Shown: in pieces, positions 39,566-52,525 of the stretch
How the letters are laid out: the number at the start of each line of letters is the position of its first letter
How positions within the stretch are numbered: position 1 is the stretch's first letter
NCBI RefSeq assembly: GCF_006345805.1
Contig: NC_043002.1
Coordinates: forward strand, 23,250,001 to 23,314,000
Origin: Octopus sinensis
Taxonomy: Eukaryota
Direction of reading: 5' to 3'
DNA: 64,000 bases
Program-made: the position numbers and the translations under genes
The notes under the pieces: generated by a model
Seen by the model: only the letters and a program-made list of their open reading frames with translations
What the model was told of the DNA's origin: nothing
The model's database searches: none

Positions 39566-39664
39566 TTTCAAACCCCGGAATGTGTGTATTTGATGTAACC
39601 ATGATATTCCGTGGATATGTAAATATACATATATATATGGGTCATTTCAAAATGTAACGACATG

Positions 39665-39860
39665 TGAATCGTTGGCGATTTTTTTCCTCCGTTTTCCTTT
39701 TCTATTGGACATTCCTCTGTTTCTGAAGAAGAGCTTTGCTCGAAACATAAAAGCAACTTTCTTTCCTTCCCTGAGCGCCTGCTAATACTTTACATGTACC
39801 ACGTCCTCGCATTGTTTTTTTGTGTTTTTTGTGTTTGTTCTTCGTTTTATTTTATTTTTT
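39665..39860 (+). mobile_element. PLE-like repeat with a hammerhead-like motif (39718-39752)
   Basis: GTTT-CTGAAGA-A-GAGC-TTT-GCTC-GAAA-CAT-A-AAA. Its flanks are homologous to 57975-58160. Confidence 0.65.
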
Positions 39861-39862
39861 AT

Positions 39863-39928
39863 TAGCTCAGTGGTTAGAACACTGGTCTTGTAAACCAGGG
39901 GTCGTGAGTTCGATCTTCACAGGGGGCT
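39863..39928 (+). tRNA. trnT: tRNA-Thr(UGU) lacking the 5' acceptor strand (probable pseudogene)
   Basis: D arm GCTC..GAAC, anticodon stem CTGGT/ACCAG with loop CT-TGT-AA (39889-91), T arm GTGAG-TTCGATC-TTCAC, 3' acceptor AGGGGGC and TTTT at 39940-43. The 5' strand is replaced by TTTTTAT. Confidence 0.75.
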
Positions 39929-40392
39929 TCTGTTACACATTTTCAGCGGTGGTGCCCCAGCATGGCCGCGGCCCTCGGACTAAAACATTTTTAAGGATTT
40001 AAGGATTTATATATATATAAATACATACATTGTTACAAAAATTAATAAAAACAGCTTGCTACAATGTTATAACATAAAGAGGAATTATAGTCGTCAACTA
40101 AGCATGACTAAGGATGTCAAGACATCTACATTGCAAGAAATAGGAGCTAAAATGCTTCAGTGCAGTTATAAAGCACATGACATCTATTCCTTAGACTGAC
40201 CGGTCAGTTTCGGCTTTTTCCGTAATCATCGTAAGTAAGACCAGATCGTTCGGTAGATTCCGGGTTACTTCACCCATCAGAATATATGTATTTACCATAA
40301 AAATTTATGGATTGTTTAGCAGACTGCAAATGTGTATACAAAACTTAATAAAGACAGTTAGCTGCATCGTTATACTGTAAAAGAGAATTATA

Positions 40393-40481
40393 GTGTACAT
40401 TTAAACACAAGAGAAAACTACCTTTTAACAGTAAAAATTACCTGTTAAAAGGTAGTTTTCTCTCTGTGTTTAAATGTACAC
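40393..40481. repeat. Near-perfect ~39-bp-stem hairpin
   Basis: GTGTACATTTAAACACA-AGAGAAAACTACCTTTTAACAG / CTGTTAAAAGGTAGTTTTCTCT-C-TGTGTTTAAATGTACAC with a 10-nt loop. Confidence 0.85.
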
Positions 40482-40774
40482 CTTTTTAAAATATGAATAT
40501 ATTATATATATTATATATATTGTTATATTTCGGATGATCATTTTTGCCAGTTTAGCCAATAAAACACACGCACTATATATTTGGTGTTATTTGCTTCAGT
40601 GTTATTTATTTTTTACATTAATCTTAATCTTATTTCGGCCAGAGTTTCTTTCGTCACACTCTCCTGTGACCGCATCAGTGGTCCTTTGTTTTCTTCTTTC
40701 TTATTTGTGTCTCTCCTTACTAACCGTCAGCCATTTTGTATTTCTATTGTATGTGAATATATTGTTTTACTGTA

Positions 40775-40944
40775 GCACCGCCTTAAAGGGGTTTAGTCGA
40801 AGAAATCGACCTCAGCACTTATCCTTCGTAAGCCTAGTACTTATTCTATGGAACTTTTCTTGCCGAACCGCTAAGTTAGGGGGACGTAAACACACCAACA
40901 TCGGTTGTGAATGATGGCAGGGGTGAACAGAGACACACACATAA

Positions 40945-40988
<44 letters not shown>

Positions 40989-41149
40989 CAGGCTTCTTAT
41001 AGTTTTCATCTACCAAATCCACCCACAAGGCTTTGGTCGGCCCGAGGCTATGGTAGGATACACTTACCCAAGGTGCCACGCAGTGAGACTGAACCCAGAA
41101 CCATGTGATTGGGAAGCAAGCTTCTTTCCACACAGCCTCACCGGAGCCT
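40775..41149 (-). mobile_element. SINE C
   Basis: Reverse complement of the 38866 copy family. Confidence 0.85.
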
Positions 41150-41273
<124 letters not shown>

Positions 41274-42413
41274 GTAATGAAACACAGCTTAAATCTACAT
41301 TCTATCATACCAATGAAATGTTTATGTACTGTGTTGTAGTTGGCTTAGAGCTGATTTCTGTTTCTTATACTCTCGTCTCTGCATTGCATGACTGGCCGAC
41401 GGGGCAAGCATTGGTGTTCCGGAATGTGCACTAAGTATCTTTTAATTTTGTTGGTTTGTCTTTTATAAAATATTTCATGCTTGGAGTTAAGCTATAGCTC
41501 CTGTTGGATAGTTTTCTGTAGCTGTTGTGAATACAGAAATATATGTCTAAGAACATTTCTGGCAATATTTAACTTAGATTTAAGAAAATCAGGGTGAATA
41601 ACCAGCTAAATTTACAAGACCTCTTCCTAGTATTAGAAGGTGGCCGATTGAAAGAGTAGATTTTTTTTCTTGGAACCCGCTAGTAGCTAAAGCATTATTA
41701 TAAGAGACTGTTTTATCGAGATTTCTTCGTTATAAATCTTCAACTTTATTCAACACATTCAACTTTATTCCTTCAAGAAGAGGAATTGATGCTTAAGTTT
41801 CGTCAAAGTTATTCTCTAAACCAGAAGTAAGGAACCTTTTTGTATTTCCGTAATAATCTGTGGATCAAAGTTTGAGAAAAATAACGATATTTTATTTTTA
41901 CAAATTCGTAAATATGTAGCAGATATTAAATTTCTGATTCGGTCTTATGCCATAAAAGGGCTTTGCTTCTTCTGATTGTTTTTTTCTTTTTTCTTTTTCT
42001 TTTTATGTTATAAGGATGGGTTTCATATGTGCAGATCATCCCAACCCTGCTCAAAACAATTCTATTTTTGCATGCCAATCAATGTATAATTTCTTGTAAC
42101 TGTTTACTGTGTTTCTTATTATTACGAAGCATTTTAGGGTTGCCCCCCGTATTTGCCTTAAAAATGAAACATATTAATCATTAGTTATTCATATTGTTTT
42201 TCTTTTCTTTCTCTCGCCATATATTTTCCCTCGTGCTTTAGCATTTTAATGCTTCCGGGTATTAAAAACGTTCAAAGCATGTTTGCTTCAGTTTGTATGT
42301 GTATGTAAGTGTAGAAGGTATAAATTGTGTTATATATTAGCTGTATATACTGAGATACAAGAAAAGGAAGAGTATGTGCGTATGAGTGTGTTGTGTATAT
42401 ATATATATATATT

Positions 42414-42475
<62 letters not shown>

Positions 42476-42478
42476 ATA

Positions 42479-42516
<38 letters not shown>

Positions 42517-42731
42517 ATATATATATATATATATTATATATATATATATATATTATATATATATATATATATATAATACTCTTTTGATTGTGCCTTTGTA
42601 TTAGAATAATGCTAAACCATTATCCATAACATGGAATGCGTTATTCGACATGAGACGCTTTTAATGGTTATATCAACAGGGTTTCGGTTGGTATAAGAGT
42701 GTATGCATACAAACATACATACATACATACA

Positions 42732-42762
<31 letters not shown>

Positions 42763-42891
42763 TCATACACGCACATACATACATATTCATACACGCACGC
42801 ACACATACAGACAGGAAGATGAAAAGAGAGACAGGCAGACAGATTCATATATACATATATTTACATTTATTTAGATATTGATGTAATATAT

Positions 42892-42960
<69 letters not shown>

Positions 42961-43040
42961 TGCACATGCCTACGGCTGCCCGCGCGCGTGTGTAGACACA
43001 TACACATACATACTTAATCTTTTTATTGTCCCCTTGTATG

Positions 43041-43098
<58 letters not shown>

Positions 43099-43191
43099 TA
43101 GAGGACATTGATTCATTGACTTGATTCTATCTTGTTTGTTGTTTTAACGTTTTATTTCTTTCATTGATTCACATCTTTTCTATCGACGATA

Positions 43192-43222
<31 letters not shown>

Positions 43223-43228
43223 ATTATA

Positions 43229-43263
<35 letters not shown>

Positions 43264-43999
43264 CATACATCAAGAAATTTCTTTCACTTTTATTCTGCTA
43301 ATGCACGCAGCTTCGTTATTTTGTTGTTTCTTTTTTGTTTTTATATTCGTTTCTTTTCTGAATTATCAAAGAATGCCGACACAGTGTTATGCTATTATGT
43401 TTTAATCCCAGAATGCAGTTCAAAGAATGAAAATAATCTGATTTTATTTGTCGTTGGAATGGATTTAACTCTCCTTTGAAAACTTATATGGTAGCTTGAG
43501 GGTTATGTGTTAACTTGTTGCATTACGATCTTAAAATTGTGACGTAAATAAAATTTAAATGAAGAAACCAGACGATACGCTATTTATGAAGCTATAATAT
43601 TTAAGGATTGCGCTTAACATTTTTTTCTTTCGTACCCAGGATAAGAGGCGTAGGCTATCACAGATTGGTTGAAAGGGTTTTAAGTGAAACGACTGACACC
43701 TGGCTTGAGCATCTGCATGTTTGTTTACCAGAATGACTTTCAGAGTGGCGAAGAAACCAAGGAATGTGTGGCGTCTGCTATGATTGCTTGCAGCATAGTC
43801 AGGACTATTAAAGGTGACAAAGGGTCGTGCAATAGTTGTGCCGTTGTTAAAATAAGGCCTAAAGTATCCGGGATTATCTTCTTTTTATTTTTTTAATAGA
43901 GTAGTATGCAATTCGAGAGAGATTTGGTCGCCATGATTAGTTCAGAAACTGTTTATGCAACAACGAGAGAATTTAATAAAGTGTATGTATGTATACATG

Positions 44000-44033
<34 letters not shown>

Positions 44034-44399
44034 TGTATGTATGTATGTATGTATGTATGTATGTATGTATGTATGTCATTATTCAGTTTTATTTCAAGAT
44101 TGCTGGCCAAAAGAGAAAGAGATGATTTCTAACCTAGATCCAAGGTTCCGTCATTGGAATCTCAACATCAACAGGATATTTTTGTATGTAAGTATATGTA
44201 AAGATTTGCGTGTTTTGTTTTATATATGAATTCTCATGCATATAGTTGCATGTCTAGACATGCTCATATACATTTAATGATAAACTTCAGGAAAGTTTTA
44301 CAGATTTTTACAGTTCCATTGATAGACTAGATCTGTAGCCTACAAATCAGTTTTCTCCTTTCTGGTTTTGAAAGGCCTAATTTCTCAAGATTGGTATTT

Positions 44400-45640
44400 G
44401 GGCATTGTGTAATATATCCCTGTGCTCCAATTATTACAGATATAAACCTGAACTTGTAATTTGTAGATTCCTCAATAGTTCAGCGTAGGTATTTTCTTTT
44501 TCGCTGATCTTCAGCTTTATGTTAACATCACTGGGTAGCTGATTTCTACAACTGTACAGTTTCTCTTCTCTATCCCAAATCATTATTTCAGGTCTATTGT
44601 GCTTACATTTTATTGAGGTTTTCACTGGGACATTCCATCAGTACTCCTTTTTATCAAGCGTGGCTATGGCTTCTACCGTATTGTAGGTTCTTATTTTTAC
44701 CCCAGAATTATCTTTCCTGCGGATCTCATTATCGGTAGGTACATCGTGATGACACTTTTGAACAACAGCATATGATGTGAGTAATATCTTCAGTGTTAAC
44801 TCCACAAAGTCTGCATCGGTTATCACATATTGCTGCTTTTCCTGCGTCTCTTTCTCTTTTGTGCCTCGGGTATTGGGTTGATATTTCTTGTTCTTAAACT
44901 GCAAACACACACCCTTCAAAATGGAAGTTAGTAATACGGTTGTTGGACCATGACAGAGTACTTTGATGATCAATGCTACTATCATCCCGGAGCTTTCTAC
45001 TAACGTATCCATGCAAGGTCTTCTGATGATAAGTTATGGTTGAGTCGTGCGACTTCTTTGGGCATGTATTTAAAGTTATCAGACAAGGAATGGTACTCAA
45101 GGAGCTGCTTTCCAAGTCTTATGATGTTATCAGCCTCATGTATGCAAACTTGGTCAAGGGATGCACTTCGAACCTTGGTAGTTAAAAGATGTTGCCGAAG
45201 ATATATAATACGACATTCAAAGGCAGTCTGGATCGATGTTAAGCCTAAGCTGCCTTGCTTTCGTTTTAGGTAGAGGTGTTCTACGTCACTGTTGATGTGG
45301 AAATTATGTGTGCAGATTAGTATCTTCCGGGTTTTCACATCAATGACTCGGACCTCATCAAGCGTCCAATCAAGTAGCCCAAATGTTGATATGGGTACTG
45401 GTACTGCAAACACATTGTGGGCTAGTTTTATTGAACCAGAGGGTTCCGACGTCAATATTTTCTTTATTCAGCAGTAATATTCTCTAGTGACACGTGTTTT
45501 GGTACAGGTACCATCGTAAGATATGTTTCCATTCTCCCCAAGGTACCTGCAACATTCCTCGTTAGATACAGGCGAAACAATCAAGTCGTTAATGGAGATG
45601 TTAGACTGTTTTACAGTTTTCCCTCTCTTCGCAACCAAAT
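44400..45640 (-). mobile_element. Third R4/Dong-like lineage fragment (RT C-terminus to endonuclease), decayed
   Basis: CRYLGENG, HNFHINSDVEHLYLKRKQGSLGL and HNRPEIMIWD..NIKLKISEKENTYAEL. Confidence 0.75.
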
Positions 45641-46354
45641 AGCAACATTTATCCTATGTATGTATATTTTCACACACACACGCATATATATATATATATT
45701 CACACATATCTATACATATACGCACACCCACATGAGCCTACACACAAAATGTGATAGAGAATATGCGCGTATATATACATACATACATGCATACATACAT
45801 ATATACGTACATACATACAAACATACATACATACATACATACCTACATACATATGTGCATACATACATACTTGAATATAGATATATGCCTGTGAGTCTAT
45901 ATGGTAACTAGACAACACATAAAACTTCTCACGGTATATCGTAATTCATGTAATTGATACCTTTGTTCACAGAGAGTGCTCTACAACTAATTTGAAATTA
46001 GCTGGGACTATGATTAATGTCAATGTGAAATGAATAAAGAGAAAGAATCGATCGCGAACATATCAATATAAAGATGTTTCTGTCACTATTCCCATCTTCA
46101 GCTGTATGTTGTAAGAGACAGGTTTCCGCGAAGACTTACTATAAACCACTTCTGGCCTCGAGGGATTGAATATAAAGCGACCGGAACGTACAAAGGGAAT
46201 GAAGTGAGTCTGTTGAATATATCAAATAATAGATATACCGCAATCATCACCACTACACCACTGCCATCGTAGCAATATGTTTTATCAATGGCCAATGATA
46301 ATAGTACAAGCTGGAAGAGAAATTGAGACATGAATAGAGAAAGAGATAAAGAGA

Positions 46355-46392
<38 letters not shown>

Positions 46393-47029
46393 AATGAGAA
46401 AGAGAGTTATTGAAATAGACTGGGAAATATAAAGAGAAAAAGAGAGAATTATGAAACGAAAGAAACATTGAGAGAAGGAGATGTTGAGAGAGGAGGAAAG
46501 AAAGAGACAGTGATTCTCCATGGAATATTCATCGACTGATTATTGTCAGTTTCTTTGTTATTTTAGAATCTATTCCTTTTTTTGTGTGTGTGTGTAGTGT
46601 CACCTTCTTCTTTATGTGTATGTGTGTGTGTATGCCTGTGTGGTTGTGTGTGTGCGTGTGTGTGTGTGTATGTATACTTACATATAAGCGAGCCTAAGTA
46701 CGTGTTTATGACACTTCAGCAAAACTCAAAGAAGACTGGTCATTCAACAAAGAACGTGCATACACGCACATATATGTGTGTGTGTGTGTTTGTGTGTGTC
46801 TTTGTGTGTCTGTGAGTGTGTCTGTGTGTATGTGCGTGTGTTTGTGTGTGTTTGTGTGTATGTGTGTGCTTGTGTGTGTGTATGTGTGTGTGTTTGTGTG
46901 TCTGCTTGTGTGTGTGTATGTGTTACTGTGTGTTTGTGTGTACGCGTGTGTGTGTTTGTGTTTGCTTGTATGCGTGCATGTGTGTGTGCGTGCGTGAGTA
47001 TGTGAGTGCGTGCGTGTGTGTGTGTGTGT

Positions 47030-47062
<33 letters not shown>

Positions 47063-47070
47063 AGTAATAA

Positions 47071-47488
47071 AGCCGCATGGCTTAGTTGTTAAGATATTCA
47101 GCACACGATCGGAAGATGCCTTCGATTCCCGGCGGCGCGTTGTGTCCTTGAGCAAGACATTTTGTTTCACTTTGCTCCAGTCCACTCACCTGGCAATAAT
47201 GAGTTGTACTTGTATTTCAAAGGGCCAGTCCTGTCACGTTCTGAATCTTCCTGAGAATACGCATACCTGTGGCGTGCTCAGCCACTTGCACGTTAATTTC
47301 ACGAGTAAGCTGTTCCGTTGATCGAACCAACTAGAATACACGTCGGTAAGAAGCTTGCCGCTTAACCACGTCGCAACCGGTTCAGTCCCACTGCATGGCA
47401 CCTTGGGAAAGTATCTTCTATCATAACCTCAGGCCGACCAAAGCCTTGTGAGTGGATTTGATAGACGGAATCTGAAAGAAGCCCGTCA
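47071..47488 (+). mobile_element. SINE with a D-like head and tail E (47071-47345), abutting a SINE C head (47345-47488)
   Basis: GAGCAAGACA..TTGCTCCAGTCCACTCA is as in D. TATTTCAAAGGGCCAG..GCACGTTAATTTCACGAG is as in 6211-6540. Confidence 0.75.
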
Positions 47489-48469
47489 CGCGCACACAAC
47501 ATACATACTTCTAATTGCCAGTCAAACACCTTTCTAATGACCATTTCTCTACGTATATATGAAAAGACACAACTACACAAAACTACCACTCCTTTTACCA
47601 TACTGCTGAATTCTTCCTACAACATTAATAAACACAAAGTTCACTCACACACACACAAATAAACAGACTAATGTCACTGTATGGTGAAATACATCGTCTT
47701 CCATCGGACGAATTTGGGTAGCAATGTTCTGTTTATACTGCCTATACACACCGCCAGCATACGACTAGATAAACCGTTTTGCTATAAGCAGCACTGCCCA
47801 CTTCTCCCTCTTCCATTTTCTTCTTCCTCCTCTTCCATTCTTCTTCTCTTCCTCTTCTTCTTCTCCTCCTCCTCCTCCTTCTTCTTTTCCTTCTCTTTCT
47901 TCCGATTCTTCGCCTTTCTCCTCCCCCTCCTCCTATTTCACTTTCGTCGACTGTTCGTTTTCCTCCCCTCCATCCTCCCCCCCCCCATTATTATACGTAT
48001 CCACCCTCTTGATTTTCCCCCGCCCCCGCTACATAATATCTTCTCCACATACTCATCCCGCATACACACTTTTGACTTTTTCTTTTTTTATTTCCTCCCG
48101 ATATTTCTCTAGCAACAATGTCTGAAAGACGCACATTGCAATAGCATGCCTTTGATGCTAGTCTCAGGAAGTGCCTCTCCAATGCCTAAAACCGCAATAT
48201 TACGTGATTTTTTCCTTTAGAATTTTCGTGTAAGCTAGCGTTACAAATAAAGATGGTACATAAACATTTGTAACTTATAATTAAAGATGTGTTAAAGAAT
48301 TTTCTTTGTCTTCTTTTCATTGGATTATTTACTCTTCGCCAAACGCATTTTACGGTATAATCGTCGTGAATCTTGGATTTTCTACACCAGAAGTATTCCA
48401 GCATTGGCTTGGATCCTGACAGTGTTGATAGCCCAGTATTCGGGTTGAGGGCTTCTCTGGAAAACTCAG

Positions 48470-48780
48470 GAAAAACTAGTGCCTAATTTCGGCATTGAGT
48501 ATTATACAAATGCTCGAACTGGACGTCATTGAGTTGTACCAAAGGTACCATCCACTCGTCTACAGTGAGGACCAGGCACTACAATAGTTTAGAGTTGAAA
48601 GGCCCACAGCTTTTTAATGTTCTGCCAAAAAAATTAAGACTCCTACATAATTTGGATGTCACTGAAGGTAGCAGTGACACTCCTTCAGTGACATCAAATG
48701 GGCCAACAACCAGTGGGGAAAGCACATGCAGTTGTAGTGATATGCAATCTCACAACCCTAAAGAAATCAGCCAATCAACA
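48470..48780 (+). pseudogene. CR1/L2-group LINE ORF2 3' fragment
   Basis: LVPNFGIEYYTNARTGRH, then STVRTRHYNSLELKGPQLFNVLPKKLR (GP.LFN.LP motif). Confidence 0.7.
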
Positions 48781-49116
48781 AAGATTCGTTGCTATTGTGT
48801 TAAACTGACGTATGTCCAAATTAGGCCAAATGCGTTTTATTTTTTTTTCAATATTTATTTTTGTTTCCAATAGCCGATTCTTTTGGTCAAACTATCGTAT
48901 CTCCAGTTGCTTCAGATGCCATGATATCAAAAATTGTCAAATTGTAGTACAACGGTTTTGCTATGGAATAGTGAAACTATTTTTTTTTTCTAAAAAAGCA
49001 AAGTTTGGGACTTACGACACTTTTGCATAACAGCAACGATATGGAAAAGACACAAAATTATAGTAGTGCTCCATCATGACCGTAGCAGTATGACTGAAAC
49101 GAAGAAAAGAAAAGAA

Positions 49117-49162
<46 letters not shown>

Positions 49163-50074
49163 CGATAACATAGTAATTAAAGGATCGAAAGCGCAACAAT
49201 AATACACCAGGAACAAAAACGTATATACATATGGGATGCTAGAAGAGTCCATTATGCGTATGGGGTTACTTCGATTATACAAGAATCTCTGTTAGATATT
49301 TTGTCTTGCAGCTGTTTATAAGTTGTTTATAAGACTCACTAAATCAAAGATCTGATGCACGAGCGAAAATAATTCGTCTATATTGCTATTAAGAAAATAC
49401 ATAGATGTGTAAATATTTCAACCAAGATTATACCATCGATTTATATTCTTATTTTCATCGGGTCGGATTAAAAAAAAAAGGATGTATTCCCAACAGGAAG
49501 TGAACATTCAATACCGGTTTTAGGAAGCCGGTCTGTTACCCATTAGGATCCGTGGTAGTCTTTCTACATATCTGCAAGAGCCAAAAATCTATATTCGTGG
49601 GATTTTTTATTCCTGGTAAGAATAATCGAGCCATGTAGATCTAAAGTGAGGGTTTAGAGTAAATGAGAATCACCATCATAAAGCTTTGAAAAGCAGCATG
49701 TCGAATGAACTGACGGTGAATCTCAAGACGTGCTGGAAGATCGATTACATTAAACCAGGAATGGGATCGATGACACTGAACAAGGTCACATTCTTCTGAT
49801 GGTGAACCTTTCTTACATCAACAGAACTGACGATCATTGATGTCATTCAACTACCGAAAAATATTTAGAAAATGTCAGCAAGCTCGACCCGATGATGATG
49901 GTGGTGGGGGTGGGGTGCTGCTGCTGCTGCTGCTGCTACTGATGATGATGATGACGATGATGATGCTACTGCTGCAGCATCATTTATTGATACATTAAAT
50001 TACTCGTATATTAGTATTCCTTTTATCACTGTAATGTACTACAGATGCCGGTGTATGTGTGTATATATGTGTGA

Positions 50075-50108
<34 letters not shown>

Positions 50109-50177
50109 TATATATATATACATATATATATATATTATATATATATATATACATATATATATATTATATATATATAC

Positions 50178-50233
<56 letters not shown>

Positions 50234-50264
50234 TGTGTGTGTGTGTGTGGTGTGTGTATGTATC

Positions 50265-50305
<41 letters not shown>

Positions 50306-50585
50306 ACATTTATACACACACACACGCATCGTGAAAATGTTCGATAAAAAATTACACGAGGTGAATTGTAGTAAAAATATAAAGAGGAAAATGCACAGAA
50401 ATTTTGTTGGAAAATATATATATACTTATAAAATAGCAGTTACATAGTCGACTGGTTTACGCTAAACATAGTGATACTGTAATAATTTCGCGCTATCATA
50501 AGTTTTCATTGTCTATAATTAGGAGAGTAGATATTTCTGTAAATGAATCAGAAGATTAAATAAATTTTAGGGGAGGTAATCAGTG

Positions 50586-50784
50586 ATTCTGTTGTGTCTG
50601 GGGAAAGTCATTTTCTTTTTGCGCCATATAATTTAACACACTCACCGGTAAAAGAGAGTCAAGACTATTGAAAAGGTTGCAAGATGCAACGAAAATTTTA
50701 GGGAAATAAGTGGAAATTTTACCGGTGAGTGTGTTAAATTATAAGGCACAAAAAGAAAATGACTCTCCCCAGACACAACAGAAT
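50586..50784. repeat. ~67-bp inverted arms around a ~65-bp spacer
   Basis: ATTCTGTTGTGTCTGGGGAAAGTCATTTTC..CTCACCGGTAAAA versus TTTTACCGGTGAG..GACTCTCCCCAGACACAACAGAAT. Confidence 0.85.
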
Positions 50785-51049
50785 ATGCTTCAACGCACAA
50801 ACTCACATAAAGAATCTTGCAAACCAAATCCCAAAACGAAATAATCAGTGATTGTTATTATTAGAAACAGAGAAGGTAATATCTATTGATTTTATGCAAA
50901 TTAAAAATATATGTATTTATGAACTAAAAGATTTACATTGTCTATATGTTCATATTAAAGCGCGGTTAATATTTTTCAATAAATGTAGTCACTTTATTTA
51001 ACCATTGTTGTTTCAGAGATTATTTCATTGCATTGATATATAAGAAAAA

Positions 51050-51400
51050 AAATTGAAGTTTGGTTGGGGATTCCACGCACATCTCTGTTTCCTTAGTGGT
51101 ATTTGTCTATATTTTTAGGAATTAAATTGTTCTCTATGCAGTATTGTTCTTCGTCTGAAAGACATTATTGCTTTCTCAATATATAGTTGTGTGCCTACAC
51201 CATGAACAAGTTATGCGAAGATTAGCTTTAGGGATGCACAGATAAATTCTAAATTTCGAATTTTTATCCTTGTTTAAAACAGATTTCTAATCTTCCAATA
51301 GGTTGGGACAAGTTCCATAGTTAGATCGCCCACATTCTTTTACTATTGGTTCTGTTGTTGTTGAGAATAATTTTGCACCTGTCAGTATTCACTTAAGTGA
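51050..51400 (-). pseudogene. PLE Cys-rich linker and GIY-YIG endonuclease fragment (Neptune-like layout)
   Basis: Minus strand ECGRSNYGTCPNLLE, then (frameshift) CASLKLIFA..YIEKAIMSFRRRTILHREQ..YRQIPL. Confidence 0.65.
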
Positions 51401-51470
51401 TTTTGGTTATTTTTACTTTTAATTATTCTAAGTGTTCAGAGAATTGTTTCATCCTATATATATATATATA

Positions 51471-51513
<43 letters not shown>

Positions 51514-52011
51514 CACCCACACAAAAAGGCAGAATGAAAAAATAGCAAAAAAAAAAGACGAAGCAAAATTGTAGAAGAGAATATTTTCAACTAGAAAGTC
51601 ATAATTGTTCTAATACGCAAAAATACTAAAGAATGATAAAAAAATGCAACAAACAGAACAGACGGTAGTCAATTTTGTGATTGTTCTAAGAGCTGTTCTA
51701 CTATAAAAACCAGTTTGCTCATTTTTCTTTGATTCCATTTGCTTCGAAAATAAATAAAAGCTTTCTATGCGTCGTGCTAAAACGGTACTTAACAGGAAGT
51801 GTAATCGAAGTCTTAGTGTATTTAGTTTTGAAGAAACAAAATAATGTAACTTTATACTGAAGCTGTCTGGTATCACCAATAATTTCCTTCATTTTGTAAC
51901 GATTTATTTGAAAAACATTAGTAATGGCTGGAACCGATCGAAGAGAAAAAGAGTTTGTCTTATTCACATTTACTAATTGGTTAAAAAAAATTAATGAGCT
52001 AACGTCTAAGT

Positions 52012-52156
52012 GCAGCATGGTTGTGTGGTTAAGAAGCTTGCTTTGCAACCATGTGGTTTCGGGCTCGGTCTCAATGCCCAGTATCTTAGTCAAGTGTCTT
52101 GTGAGTGGATTTGGTAGAATAAAACTGAAAGAAGCCCGTCGTATATATATATGTGT

Positions 52157-52205
<49 letters not shown>

Positions 52206-52475
52206 CGCAATGGCCCAGTGGTTAGGGCAGCGGACTCGCGGCCGTAGGATCGCTGTTTCGATTCCCAGACCGGGCGTTATGAGTGTTTATTGAGCGAAAA
52301 CACCTAAAGCTCCACGTGGCTCCGGCAGGGGTTGGTGACGACCCCTGCTGTACTCTTTCGCCACAACTTTCTCTCACTCTTTCTTCTGTTGGCCTGCTCG
52401 CTTAGCCCGCGGGTAGTGTCATTTGAAGGCTAAAACAATGCGAAGCGCATTGTGACCAGCGATATGTATTAGCAT
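52012..52475 (+). mobile_element. SINE C head (52012-52143), (GT)n, then SINE B (52203-52475)
   Basis: Matches to the C and B heads. Confidence 0.85.
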
Positions 52476-52479
52476 CAAG

Positions 52480-52518
<39 letters not shown>

Positions 52519-52525
<7 letters not shown>

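Noticed and set aside
40630-40690. CTGATGCGGTCAC..GTGACGAAA on the minus strand
   Set aside because: A9 is C and no stem I or NUH can be formed, so it is not a supportable ribozyme.
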